In this document: positions 44,295 to 53,520 of the stretch, piece after piece
How positions within the stretch are numbered: the first letter of the stretch is position 1
Layout: each line of letters begins with the position of its first letter
Source of the DNA: Deltaproteobacteria bacterium
GTDB taxonomy: Bacteria > Desulfobacterota > GWC2-55-46
Assembly (NCBI GenBank): GCA_016212705.1
Contig: JACREU010000006.1
Location: 25,030-89,029 of the forward strand
Direction of reading: 5' to 3'
DNA length: 64,000 nt
Notes under the pieces: model-generated
Database searches by the model: none
Told to the model about the DNA's origin: nothing
The model's input: the letters and a program-made list of their open reading frames with translations, nothing else
Made by a program: the position numbers and the translations under genes

Positions 44295-45321
44295 TAGTCA
44301 CTTCCGTTATGTTTATCTTAACGAGGCAGGCCCGCGAGCACCGGCCGCAACCGACGCAGAAGGGCATGCCGAACCTATCCGTAAGATACCTGAACTTCCT
44401 GTTGAACCTGTGGCGGAGCCTCTCGGCCCTCGTCTTCCTGAAGTTGTGCCCCCCGGCTACCTTTGCGAAGTCCTCAAGCGTGCATCCGTCCCAGACGCGG
44501 ACGCGCTCGCCCTCCGAGAGGTTCGCCTTCACCTCGTCCTTTATGTCGAAGCAGTAGCAGGTCGGGCAGACCGTGTTGCAGGAGCCGCACCCCGTGCATA
44601 TGGCCCCTATCCTCTCCCATACCGGGCTCTCATTCGACCCTGCGTATATCTCCGGGAGGTCCTTCGCCGCGGCCTCTAACCGAGCCTTGAAGGACGCCTC
44701 ACGAAGCCTTTCCCTCTCCTTGAGCTCTCTCACTTCAGAGGGCTTCGCCTCCCTGAGTTTCAGCCCCGCTATTACTTCCTCACCCTTTTTCGAGGCGGTC
44801 CGGACGAGAAAGCCCTTCTTTATCCTGTGGAGAAATATGTCGAAGCCGTCGTTAACGTCCATCGTCCCGAGGGACTTGCAGAAGCAGTACTCATCAGGCA
44901 TGCAGTCCGCGCCGACGATGAGCGTTTTTTCGCGCCTTGAGAGGTAATTGACGTCGGGCCTGCCAAAGGCCCACACCTCGTCCATGAGCGCTATGGCGTG
45001 TATGTCGCAGGGGTGCAGGCCGATTATAGCCTGTCTTTCGGATTCAATCACCGCCTCATGAAGGTGGCGGCGGATGTCGTACCTTAGAAGGGTCTCTCTC
45101 GGGGGAAAGAGGAACTGCTTGGCGGACAGGTGCGTAGGGGTCGAGAAGAGCTCAAGCTCGCTCGCGTCGGCAATCTCGGCGTAGACGGGAAAACCGTCCC
45201 TTTTCACCGTCCCGTAGACCCTGTATTCCTTTAATAGGGTGTTTACGAGTTTTTTCAACCCTGAAGCAGATTCAGCCTTCGCCCCCCCGGGGAGGTATCT
45301 AAAAAAATCAATGTTTTTCAT
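44257..45321 (-). CDS. 4Fe-4S dicluster protein (AsrA / hydrogenase-beta-like)
   Basis: CTGCGSCNTVCPTCYC and CVGCGRCSRAC motifs. 38-nt overlap with the downstream asrB-like gene. Confidence 0.8.
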   Translation of the reverse strand: MKNIDFFRYLPGGAKAESASGLKKLVNTLLKEYRVYGTVKRDGFPVYAEIADASELELFSTPTHLSAKQFLFPPRETLLRYDIRRHLHEAVIESERQAIIGLHPCDIHAIALMDEVWAFGRPDVNYLSRREKTLIVGADCMPDEYCFCKSLGTMDVNDGFDIFLHRIKKGFLVRTASKKGEEVIAGLKLREAKPSEVRELKERERLREASFKARLEAAAKDLPEIYAGSNESPVWERIGAICTGCGSCNTVCPTCYCFDIKDEVKANLSEGERVRVWDGCTLEDFAKVAGGHNFRKTRAERLRHRFNRKFRYLTDRFGMPFCVGCGRCSRACLVKINITEVTNELIRESNKRRA

Positions 45322-45386
45322 CTGTTAACTATTATATCAATAGGCGCTTTTTTGTCTACACCAAACGAGATTTTCTTGCGAAAAGA

Positions 45387-45419
45387 ATACTTGACAAAAA
45401 TAATAAGGTATATTAAATT
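45387..45419 (+). promoter_or_regulatory. iscR promoter with overlapping IscR type-1-like operator
   Basis: ATACTTGACAAAAATAATAAGGTAT (45387-45411) matches the remembered type-1 consensus ATASYYGACTRWWWYAGTCRRSTAT at 22 of 25 positions. It contains TTGACA (45391-96) and, 17 nt downstream, TAAATT. Confidence 0.5.
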
Positions 45420-45495
45420 TGATTATAGACGCGTGGCGATTATGCCGTGCGCCTGCGGGAATATCTTTTCCCGCGTCTTTTTTAAAGGGGATGAG

Positions 45496-45948
45496 ATGAG
45501 GCTATCGACAAAGGGGCAGTACGCTGTAAGGGCGATGGTCAACCTCGCTTGCCATTCGGGGGAGAGGCCCGTTACACTAAAGGACATCTCGACAGAGGAG
45601 GGGATATCTCTATCCTACCTCGAACAGCTCTTCGTGAAGTTAAGGAAAGGGCAGATTGTAAAGAGCGTACGGGGTCCTGGGGGCGGCTATGTCCTCGGCA
45701 AGCACCCCTCGAAGATAAGCGTCGGCGAGGTCATCTCGGTCGTCGAGGAGCCTTTGAACCCGGTCGCCTGTCTTGACGCGGGCTCCGGTTGCGACAGGGC
45801 CGAGAGGTGCATAACTCAGAAGGTCTGGAAGGGCCTCGCCGAGAAGATCGCCGAGTTCCTGAACTCCGTGACCATAGAAGACTTGAGCCTCCAGGTGAAG
45901 CTCCACGACGAGACTTCCACGGCAGGGGCGAACGTGTGCGGGATATAA
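45496..45948 (+). CDS. iscR: Rrf2-family transcriptional regulator, IscR-like
   Basis: Start at MRLSTKGQYAVRAMVNLA (ATG 45496, AAAGGGG upstream). Three Cys (C-x6-C-x5-C) in the position of the IscR cluster ligands. Confidence 0.88.
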   Translation: MRLSTKGQYAVRAMVNLACHSGERPVTLKDISTEEGISLSYLEQLFVKLRKGQIVKSVRGPGGGYVLGKHPSKISVGEVISVVEEPLNPVACLDAGSGCDRAERCITQKVWKGLAEKIAEFLNSVTIEDLSLQVKLHDETSTAGANVCGI

Positions 45949-45986
45949 TAATTGAATCGAGAGGATATTGAAAGGGGGGTCAGCTT

Positions 45987-47150
45987 TTGAACAAGATATA
46001 TTTCGACCATAACGCAACGACTCCGGTCCTTGGCGAGGTATTCGACGCTATGGTGCCGTTCCTGAAGGACCAGTGGGGGAACCCGTCGTCGATACACTGG
46101 GCGGGCAGGGGGACGAGGAAGGCGGTCGAGGACGCCAGGGAGTCGGTCTGCAGGCTCCTTAACTGCCAGAACGTCGAGCTCATATTCACAAGTACCGGCA
46201 CAGAGGGCGACAACCACGCCATAAAGGGCGCGGCCTACGCCAATAAGAACAAGGGCAACCACATCATAACCACCAGGGTCGAGCATCCGGCCGTGCTGAA
46301 TACCTGCAAGCACCTCGCAAAGGAGGGGTTCGAGGTGACGTACCTCGACGTCGACTCAGACGGGCTCATAGACCTCGATGCGCTTAAGGCCGCAATAACC
46401 CCAAAGACGATATTAATCACCGTAATGTTCGCCAACAACGAGACAGGCGTCATATTCCCCATAAAGGAGATAGGCGATATCGCGAGAGAGCGCGGCGTCC
46501 TCTTCCACACCGACGCGGTCCAGGCCGCCGGCAAGGTCTTGATAGACGTGCAAAAGCTGAACGTTGACCTCCTTACCGTCTCCGGCCACAAGATATACGG
46601 ACCCAAGGGCGTCGGCGCGTTGTTCGTCAAGAGGGGCGTGCGCCTCGTCCCCCTCATCCACGGAGGCCACCACGAAAGGAACAGGCGGGGCGGCACAGAG
46701 AACGTCGCCGGCATAGCAGGCTTCGGAAAGGCCGCCGAGATCGCCCTGCGCGACATGGACAAGGAAATCGAGCACCTTAAGGCCTTGAAAGACAGACTTG
46801 AGGCCGGGCTCGGAAAGATCCCTCACATAAAGGTGAACGGCCACCTGGAAAAGAGGCTCCCTAACACGTCCAACATAAGCTTCGAGTTCGTGGAGGGCGA
46901 ATCGCTCCTCTTAAACCTCGACATGAAGGGGATAGCGGCCTCAAGCGGCTCCGCATGCACGTCAGGCTCGCTTGAGCCCTCCCATGTGCTCGTTTCCATG
47001 GGGCTCACGCACGAGCTCTCGCACGGGTCGGTCCGGTTCAGCCTCGGCAAATCGAACACCGTCGAGGAGATAGACTATCTTATCGAGATAATGCCCCCGA
47101 TAGTAGAGCGGATGCGCTCCATGTCCCCGCTCTACGCCGGGGCGAAGTAG
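45987..47150 (+). CDS. nifS: cysteine desulfurase (NifS/IscS type)
   Basis: TTG start. FDHNATTP, SGHKIYGPKG (PLP lysine), SSGSACTSG (active-site Cys). Confidence 0.92.
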   Translation: MNKIYFDHNATTPVLGEVFDAMVPFLKDQWGNPSSIHWAGRGTRKAVEDARESVCRLLNCQNVELIFTSTGTEGDNHAIKGAAYANKNKGNHIITTRVEHPAVLNTCKHLAKEGFEVTYLDVDSDGLIDLDALKAAITPKTILITVMFANNETGVIFPIKEIGDIARERGVLFHTDAVQAAGKVLIDVQKLNVDLLTVSGHKIYGPKGVGALFVKRGVRLVPLIHGGHHERNRRGGTENVAGIAGFGKAAEIALRDMDKEIEHLKALKDRLEAGLGKIPHIKVNGHLEKRLPNTSNISFEFVEGESLLLNLDMKGIAASSGSACTSGSLEPSHVLVSMGLTHELSHGSVRFSLGKSNTVEEIDYLIEIMPPIVERMRSMSPLYAGAK

Positions 47151-47247
47151 GCGGCAGGCGCGAAAGCGATAGAATATATAAGAGGGCGGGGCCGGGATAT
47201 TGGACCGCATATCCGACAAACTTAAGGACATTGAAGGAGACAGAGAC

Positions 47248-47625
47248 ATGTACAGCGAAAAAGTGATGGAACACTTCTCAAACCCGAGGAACGTAGGCGA
47301 GGTAGACAACGCCAACGGGACAGGCATGGTCGGCAACCCCGCCTGCGGCGACATCATGAAGCTCACGATAAAGGTCGAAAACGACGTCATCACGGACGTC
47401 AAATTCAAGACCTTCGGTTGCGGCGCGGCGATAGCCACGAGCTCAATGGTCACGGAACTCGTCAAGGGCAAGGGGCTCGATGAGGCGGAAAAGATATCGA
47501 ACGCGACGGTCGCGGAGGCTCTCGACGGCCTGCCGCCCGTAAAGATGCACTGCTCGAACCTGGCCGCCGACGCGCTCCATTCGGCTATCGAGGACTACAA
47601 GAAGAAACTCACCGAGAAGAAATAA
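47248..47625 (+). CDS. nifU: Fe-S cluster assembly scaffold (IscU / NifU N-terminal type)
   Basis: Start at MYSEKVMEHFSNPRNVG (GAAGGAGA upstream). NPACGD, FGCGAAIATSS and HCS motifs. Confidence 0.92.
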   Translation: MYSEKVMEHFSNPRNVGEVDNANGTGMVGNPACGDIMKLTIKVENDVITDVKFKTFGCGAAIATSSMVTELVKGKGLDEAEKISNATVAEALDGLPPVKMHCSNLAADALHSAIEDYKKKLTEKK

Positions 47626-47647
47626 CAGGGCCTTTTGAAAAGTCTTG

Positions 47648-47676
47648 AAAAATCCCCCTTACGGGGGATTTTTTTT
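47648..47676 (+). terminator. strong intrinsic terminator after nifU
   Basis: AAAAATCCCCC-TTAC-GGGGGATTTTTTTT. Confidence 0.88.
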
Positions 47677-47780
47677 GCCGACAACGGTCTCCATCGCGCA
47701 ACCCTTCATTTCTCTGGATAAATCCGCACTTCTCTATTAAAATTGATGTATTCCGCCAAGACGCGGCAAAGGGGATTTTT

Positions 47781-48878
47781 GTGTCCGGGAAAAAGGTAGT
47801 AGTCGCCATGAGCGGCGGGGTGGATTCCTCCGTCGCGCTCGCCCTCCTAAAAGAAGCGGGTTACGAGTGCATCGGCGTATCCATGCAACTCTGGGACTAC
47901 TCGAAAAGAGATGACGAGCGCGGCTCGACCTCCGGCTCCTGCTGTTCATTAGACGACATCTATGACGCCAGAGGCGTGGCCGATAGGCTCGGAGTCCCTT
48001 TCTATGTGATGAACATGGAGGAGGCGTTCTCGCGGGAGGTCGTAGACTACTTTGTCAAAGGTTATCTCACCGGAGCGACCCCGAACCCCTGCATAAAGTG
48101 CAACTCGGAGCTTAAGTTCGAGGCGTTACTCAAAAAGGCGCTCGGACTTGAGGCGGACTTTCTCGCAACAGGCCACTACGCTAGGATAGCCGCGACAGAC
48201 GGCGCACTTAAGCTCCTTAAGGGCAAGGACCCGGAAAAGGACCAGAGCTACTTCCTCTTTACCATGCGGAAGGAGCAACTCAAGCGCGTGCTTTTTCCGA
48301 TAGGCACTCTTACGAAGACAGAGGTCCGCGCAATCGCGAGGAAGTACGGCCTCAAGACCTCGGATAAGAGAGAGAGCCAGGAGATTTGCTTTGTCGAGGA
48401 GCCGAGCTACGCCGACTTCCTATCCGCCCGGATACCCTCGCAAGGAGGCGAGATAGTCGATGAGCGCGGCAGGGTCCTGGGCGCGCACCCCGGCCTCTTC
48501 AACTACACCATAGGCCAGAGAAAGGGCCTGAACCTCTCTGGCGGGCCGTATTACGTCCTCGGCATGGATATAGCCGGAAACCGCGTCGTCGTAGGCCCTG
48601 AAGAGAGGCTATACGCTCCCGGGCTCATAGCGGACGGCCTTAATTGGATAGACGCCAAAGCAGAGGCTCTGGCGCGCTCTGGCGCGCTCAATGATATAAC
48701 GGTAAAGATCCGATACAGGCACCCGGGTGCGGCCTCAAGCGTAAGAATGACGGAGGACGGCAAGGCGGAGGTAATGTTCAATACGCCCCAGAAGGCGGTG
48801 ACGCCGGGACAGGCGGTCGTCTTCTATAAGGGAGACGTGGTGCTGGGAGGCGGGTGGATAGCACGGTCAGTAAAATAA
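47781..48878 (+). CDS. mnmA: tRNA 2-thiouridine(34) synthase
   Basis: GTG start. VVVAMSGGVDSSVAL PP-loop. 365 aa. Confidence 0.92.
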   Translation: MSGKKVVVAMSGGVDSSVALALLKEAGYECIGVSMQLWDYSKRDDERGSTSGSCCSLDDIYDARGVADRLGVPFYVMNMEEAFSREVVDYFVKGYLTGATPNPCIKCNSELKFEALLKKALGLEADFLATGHYARIAATDGALKLLKGKDPEKDQSYFLFTMRKEQLKRVLFPIGTLTKTEVRAIARKYGLKTSDKRESQEICFVEEPSYADFLSARIPSQGGEIVDERGRVLGAHPGLFNYTIGQRKGLNLSGGPYYVLGMDIAGNRVVVGPEERLYAPGLIADGLNWIDAKAEALARSGALNDITVKIRYRHPGAASSVRMTEDGKAEVMFNTPQKAVTPGQAVVFYKGDVVLGGGWIARSVK

Positions 48879-48932
48879 GGGGCTTAATGTATTTTTTAAA
48901 ATCCCGGTCAATAGAGCGAGCTTAGCATTATC

Positions 48933-50276
48933 TTGACGCATCCTTCCCAACAAAATAATCCACTCCGCGTCTCCGTAACCACCCTCGGGTGCAAGGCGAA
49001 CCAGTACGACTCATCGGCCCTCGAAGACGTGTTGCGGGACGCCTCCCTCGTCGTCGTCCCCTTCCCCGCAATGGCGGAGGCGTACGTGATCAACACCTGC
49101 ACGGTCACGGAGAAGACCGACTACCAGTCGCGCCGGCTCGTCAGAAAGGCGCGGAAACTCAACCCGGACGCCGTCGTCATCGTCACCGGCTGTTACGCGC
49201 AGGTCTCTTCAAGCGAGCTCGCAATGGTCGACGGCATCGACTATGTCATCGGGAACCCCGAAAAAGGGCGCATTGTCGAATTCATTCGGGGCGGAAGGAG
49301 GAGCGCGCCCCTCGTAGAGGTAGGCAGATACGAGGACGGCACTTCTCTCGCACTCCGTTCCCGCTCCGCGGGGGGCAGGACTCGCGCGAACCTGAAAGTC
49401 CAGGAAGGGTGCGACAGGGCCTGCTCCTATTGTATAATACCGAAGGCGCGGGGGTTATCCAGGAGCGTTTCCTTAAAAGAAGCTCTGCGAGACATAGACG
49501 CGCTCGTCGACGCCTCGTTCAAGGAGATAGTATTGACGGGCATACACCTCGGGGCCTACGGAGGGGACCTTACCCCTCCGTCGAACGTACTCGCGCTCTT
49601 CAGGGAGATAGAGGCTAACAGATACCCATGCAGGTTCAGGATAAGCTCGCTCGACCCGGATGAAGTGACGGACGACCTCATCGCATTTCTTGCGGAGTCA
49701 AAGACATTCTGCAACCACCTCCACCTCCCGCTTCAGAGCGGGGACGACACGATACTCAGGGCCATGAGGAGGCCTTACACACGCGAAGAGTTCGCGGACA
49801 AGGTCTTCCGGCTCATAGAATCCGTCAAGGATATCTCGATAGGCGCAGACATAATCGCCGGGTTCCCCGGAGAGGGGGAGCGGGAGTTCGATAATTCGTA
49901 TTCTCTTGTCGCATCCCTCCCAATCTCCTATCTGCACATATTCCCGTACTCGAAGAGGCGCGGCACGCCAGCCTCCTCTTACAAAGGCCAGGTCTTGCCC
50001 GATGCCGTAAAGGGGCGCATCGAGAGGTTGCAGCCGCTCGACGCGGAAAAGAGGCGGTCGTTCTACGAAAAGTCCGTTGGTAAAACGGCCGAAGTGCTTG
50101 CCGAGCTCTCCCGCGACAAAAAGACCGGGCTCTTGAGGGGCAGGAGCGCCAACTACATCCCGGTCCTCTTCGACGGCCCGGAGAGCCTTAAAAACACCAT
50201 TGTAAAAGTACGGTTCGCGTCCTATGACGCGACCGGGATGACGGGCGCCACGGGACAAGGAGAACAGGGTCTGTGA
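48933..50276 (+). CDS. mtaB: radical SAM methylthiotransferase, MtaB/MiaB-like
   Basis: N-terminal LGCKANQYDS, radical SAM CDRACSYCIIP. The TTG start has no clear ribosome-binding site, so the start is uncertain. Confidence 0.85.
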   Translation: MTHPSQQNNPLRVSVTTLGCKANQYDSSALEDVLRDASLVVVPFPAMAEAYVINTCTVTEKTDYQSRRLVRKARKLNPDAVVIVTGCYAQVSSSELAMVDGIDYVIGNPEKGRIVEFIRGGRRSAPLVEVGRYEDGTSLALRSRSAGGRTRANLKVQEGCDRACSYCIIPKARGLSRSVSLKEALRDIDALVDASFKEIVLTGIHLGAYGGDLTPPSNVLALFREIEANRYPCRFRISSLDPDEVTDDLIAFLAESKTFCNHLHLPLQSGDDTILRAMRRPYTREEFADKVFRLIESVKDISIGADIIAGFPGEGEREFDNSYSLVASLPISYLHIFPYSKRRGTPASSYKGQVLPDAVKGRIERLQPLDAEKRRSFYEKSVGKTAEVLAELSRDKKTGLLRGRSANYIPVLFDGPESLKNTIVKVRFASYDATGMTGATGQGEQGL

Positions 50277-51010
50277 AAAACGAACCAAACATCGAGAAGT
50301 TCTGCAGGACGCTCCCTTTCAAGTTCAGCGACATGGAGCTCCTCCGGAAGGTCTTCGTCCACCGGAGCTATCTGAACGAAAAAGAGTCGTTGAGACTAAA
50401 GGCCTTTGAGTCGAACGAGAGGCTCGAATTCCTCGGCGACGCCGTATTGTCCAGCGTCATAAGCCACATGCTCTTCGCGAAATTCCCGGATATGGACGAG
50501 GGGGGGCTGACGAAGATACGGTCCCGTCTCGTGAACAGGCATACGCTCTCCGGGCTTGCCAGGGGCCTTGAACTGGATAAATACATGTACCTCGGCAAGG
50601 GCGAGCGGACAAGCGGAGGCGCGCTGAACCCGATGATACTCGCCGGGGCCTTCGAGGCGCTCATCGCGGCCATGTACTTCGAACTCGGGTTCAGGATGGT
50701 CTTCTCTTATATAGAGACGGTCTTCGCGCCCCTCATCGACGCCTCCGTTGTTCAGCCGGGCCACTTCGACTATAAGCCCAGGCTCCAGGAACTTGCCCAG
50801 AGGGTCTTTAAGGAGGCCCCCCGGTACAGGACCGTCAGCGAGGAAGGCCCGCCGCACAAGCGGACTTTCGTTATCGAGGTGACGATAACCGGCGAGGTAT
50901 ACGGCAGGGGCTCGGCCTCGAAGAAGAAGGACGCCGAGCAGTCCGCCGCGGCCTCTGCCCTGAAGGAGCTTGAGGAGAGGCAAGGCGGTGTTTTTCCGGA
51001 GCGCGGCTAA
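50273..51010 (+). CDS. rnc: ribonuclease III
   Basis: NERLEFLGDAVL signature and C-terminal dsRBD. GTG start overlaps the mtaB stop (GTGA). Confidence 0.92.
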   Translation: MKNEPNIEKFCRTLPFKFSDMELLRKVFVHRSYLNEKESLRLKAFESNERLEFLGDAVLSSVISHMLFAKFPDMDEGGLTKIRSRLVNRHTLSGLARGLELDKYMYLGKGERTSGGALNPMILAGAFEALIAAMYFELGFRMVFSYIETVFAPLIDASVVQPGHFDYKPRLQELAQRVFKEAPRYRTVSEEGPPHKRTFVIEVTITGEVYGRGSASKKKDAEQSAAASALKELEERQGGVFPERG

Positions 51011-51825
51011 TGGCGAAAAAACAGCTCATAATACCGGCCTTTTTGCCGTTCGGCGGGTGCGCGCACCAGTGCGTATTCTGCGATCAGGCCGGGATAACCG
51101 GGGAGAGGGCGTTACCGCCCTTCGAATCGATAGCCCCTCTTATAGAGAAGTATCTTTCCACGTGGAAGGGCGCGGGGCTGCGGGAACTCGCCTTCTACGG
51201 CGGCAGTTTCACCGGACTCCCCAGAGCGGTGCAGGAAGGGTATCTCAAGGCCTCTAAGCCTTACGTGGAGAGCGGACGGATCGACTCTGTCAGGATATCG
51301 ACGAGGCCCGACAATATAGACCCTGAGACGCTCCGCTTCGTCAAGACATACGGCGTAAAGACCATTGAGCTCGGGGTGCAGTCGATGTCGGACGAGGTGC
51401 TTAAGGCCTCCGGCAGGGGGCATACCGCCGAAGACACCAGGCGCGCCGCCTCCCTGATAAAAGAGGCCGGGATAAGGCTCGGCGTACAGCTCATGCCAGG
51501 GCTCCCCAGGGACACGACGGAGACCATCCTCGATACCGTTGACAAGGCCGTTTCTCTCTCCCCCGACTTTGCGAGGCTCTACCCCGCGCTGGTCTTAAGG
51601 AACACCCCGCTTTTCAGGATGTACGAGCGAGGCGAGTACAGGCCGTGGGCGCTCGATGATATGGTCCTCGTCTGCAAAGAGGCGATGAAAAGGTTGGCAA
51701 GTGCCGGGGTCCCCGTAATAAGGGTAGGTCTGCAGACGACTGAAGAGCTCTCGCGGAGTCTCGTAGCCGGCCCGTATCATCCGTCGTTCAGAGAGCTCCT
51801 ACTCGATACCGGACGCGCGCTCTAA
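51010..51825 (+). CDS. radical SAM protein, ELP3-like core without acetyltransferase domain
   Basis: CAHQCVFC (C-x3-C-x2-C) near the N-terminus. The ATG overlaps the rnc stop (TAATG). Confidence 0.82.
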   Translation: MAKKQLIIPAFLPFGGCAHQCVFCDQAGITGERALPPFESIAPLIEKYLSTWKGAGLRELAFYGGSFTGLPRAVQEGYLKASKPYVESGRIDSVRISTRPDNIDPETLRFVKTYGVKTIELGVQSMSDEVLKASGRGHTAEDTRRAASLIKEAGIRLGVQLMPGLPRDTTETILDTVDKAVSLSPDFARLYPALVLRNTPLFRMYERGEYRPWALDDMVLVCKEAMKRLASAGVPVIRVGLQTTEELSRSLVAGPYHPSFRELLLDTGRAL

Positions 51826-51901
51826 GGGCGCGTCCCCTCAATCAAAAGCCTTAACCATTCTTTCATCCCCTGTCAGACCCGTCTGCCCCCCTCGCGCCCT
51901 T

Positions 51902-52351
51902 CTACCTGAGGGTGCTTACCACCTTTACGTCGGGGTTGTTCTGGACAAGGCCGATGGCGACGTACCCTATCGCGCCCTTCTCCCTCATCACCCGCCTGAT
52001 GATAAGGGTCGGGGTCTTCATTATCTGGGGCGGGTTCTTGGCCTGATTTGTGATCTTCAGGTGCGCCCACTCCTCGGCGACGAGGTCAGGGGCCTTGCCG
52101 AGTATCTTCTCGGAGAAGATCGCACGCGACTGGTCGTTGATGGAAAGGTCGTAGATGATTATCGGGACCCCGTCGGGCCACGCGAGCGTGTTGTTGGTGT
52201 ATATCTTCTTAACCTCGCCCTCGGTGAGCTTATCGACCTGGTTCGCCCTGTTCACGATAATGGCGACGGGTTCCGCGGCCTCAATTGAAGAGGCGGAAAG
52301 GACGAGCGCGACGGCTGTAAGGAGCGCTATTTTTTTCAGGAACGCGGCCAT
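51902..52351 (-). CDS. short periplasmic substrate-binding-like protein (PstS/phosphate-binding-protein-like half domain)
   Basis: Signal peptide ...SIEAAEP, then IIVNRANQVDKLTEGEVKKIYTNNTLAWPDG. The start overlaps the porin stop (TAATG). Confidence 0.72.
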   Translation of the reverse strand: MAAFLKKIALLTAVALVLSASSIEAAEPVAIIVNRANQVDKLTEGEVKKIYTNNTLAWPDGVPIIIYDLSINDQSRAIFSEKILGKAPDLVAEEWAHLKITNQAKNPPQIMKTPTLIIRRVMREKGAIGYVAIGLVQNNPDVKVVSTLR

Positions 52352-53520
52352 TACAGGTCTCCTATGGCGACGGCGACCCCGAGGATGGCCTGGCTGTAGT
52401 CGTCCATGGACGGGTCGTCGAACCCGTTGCTGTTGAACTCGATCTTCCCGACGACATTATGGGCGAAGCGGTAGTTGACGGCGGCCGTAGCCCTCGTCCA
52501 GAGGTCGTCGGGGGATTCCGACGACGGGTCGTACCAGTCGTACCTTGCCGCGAGCGTCCATTTGCCGATGTCGTACTCTGCCTGGGCGTACCAGCCTGAA
52601 TCGTCGGAGCCGGAAGCGGCGTCGGTTTCATTCGACCTGATTTGGTACTCGGCCTGAAGCCTCAAGGCCGACCTGTTAAAAAGAATGTGGCCCCCGTAGC
52701 TCATCCTCGACGCCCCGTCGTTGTCCCTTTCCCCGAAGTAAGAAAACCCGGTGGAGAGTCCCGCGAGGAGGTCGGCGTTAAGACGCGCGCCGATCCCCTT
52801 CGACTCGTTACGGTCGAGCGCCCCCGGGTTCCCGGCGCCGTTTGCGACGTAGAGGTGCGTGTCAATGGACGAGTCCCGGAGGCTGAACGAGTTCTTAAGC
52901 TGTACGCCGTCCGAGACCTTGGGGAATATCTCCTTGTATATGATAGGCGAGGTCTGGGTCGGCACGTACGGCGGATAGTGATAAATGGACCAGACGCCCG
53001 CCGGCGTCAGAAACCTGCCGAGCCTTATGTCCCATGAGAGCATCGGGTGGTATTCGATGTAGAGCTGTTCGACAAAGATCGTGCCCTGGGAGCTCTTTAC
53101 GGTATCCGCGGCCTTTTCAGACTCTATCCTCGGCGCGTCCTCGAACTCGACCTCGGTGAATAACTTCCATTCCCGCTGGATGTCCTTTGTGAAAAACAGG
53201 CTCAGATGGCGGATCCTGAACCCGGAGTCCTCGCCCTCCCGGTCAGTGAAGGCGTACTCAGCGTCCGCGTACCCGCTTACTTCAACGAGGTTGGAAAGGA
53301 GGCCGAGGCCGTGCCTCGTCTCCTCGTCTTCGGCCTCCAGCGCGTCGATGCGCCCTTGAAGCGCCTCGTTCTCTTTTTTAAGCTCCTCCAGATCAATCCG
53401 GAAGCGCTCCAGCGGGTCCTCAGCGAGCGCCGGTACGGACGACATCAAAAGCAGAAAAGAAAACGCGCGGAACGCCCCTTTGAAAAGCCCCGACGCGCGC
53501 GTCCCCCTGTCCATAGCCAT
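52351..53520 (-). CDS. outer-membrane beta-barrel porin (porin O/P-like) with N-terminal coiled coil
   Basis: Signal peptide ...VPALAEDP, coiled coil LEELKKENEALQGRIDALEAE, then alternating amphipathic beta-strand pattern rich in Tyr/Gly/Asp. Confidence 0.7.
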   Translation of the reverse strand: MAMDRGTRASGLFKGAFRAFSFLLLMSSVPALAEDPLERFRIDLEELKKENEALQGRIDALEAEDEETRHGLGLLSNLVEVSGYADAEYAFTDREGEDSGFRIRHLSLFFTKDIQREWKLFTEVEFEDAPRIESEKAADTVKSSQGTIFVEQLYIEYHPMLSWDIRLGRFLTPAGVWSIYHYPPYVPTQTSPIIYKEIFPKVSDGVQLKNSFSLRDSSIDTHLYVANGAGNPGALDRNESKGIGARLNADLLAGLSTGFSYFGERDNDGASRMSYGGHILFNRSALRLQAEYQIRSNETDAASGSDDSGWYAQAEYDIGKWTLAARYDWYDPSSESPDDLWTRATAAVNYRFAHNVVGKIEFNSNGFDDPSMDDYSQAILGVAVAIGDL

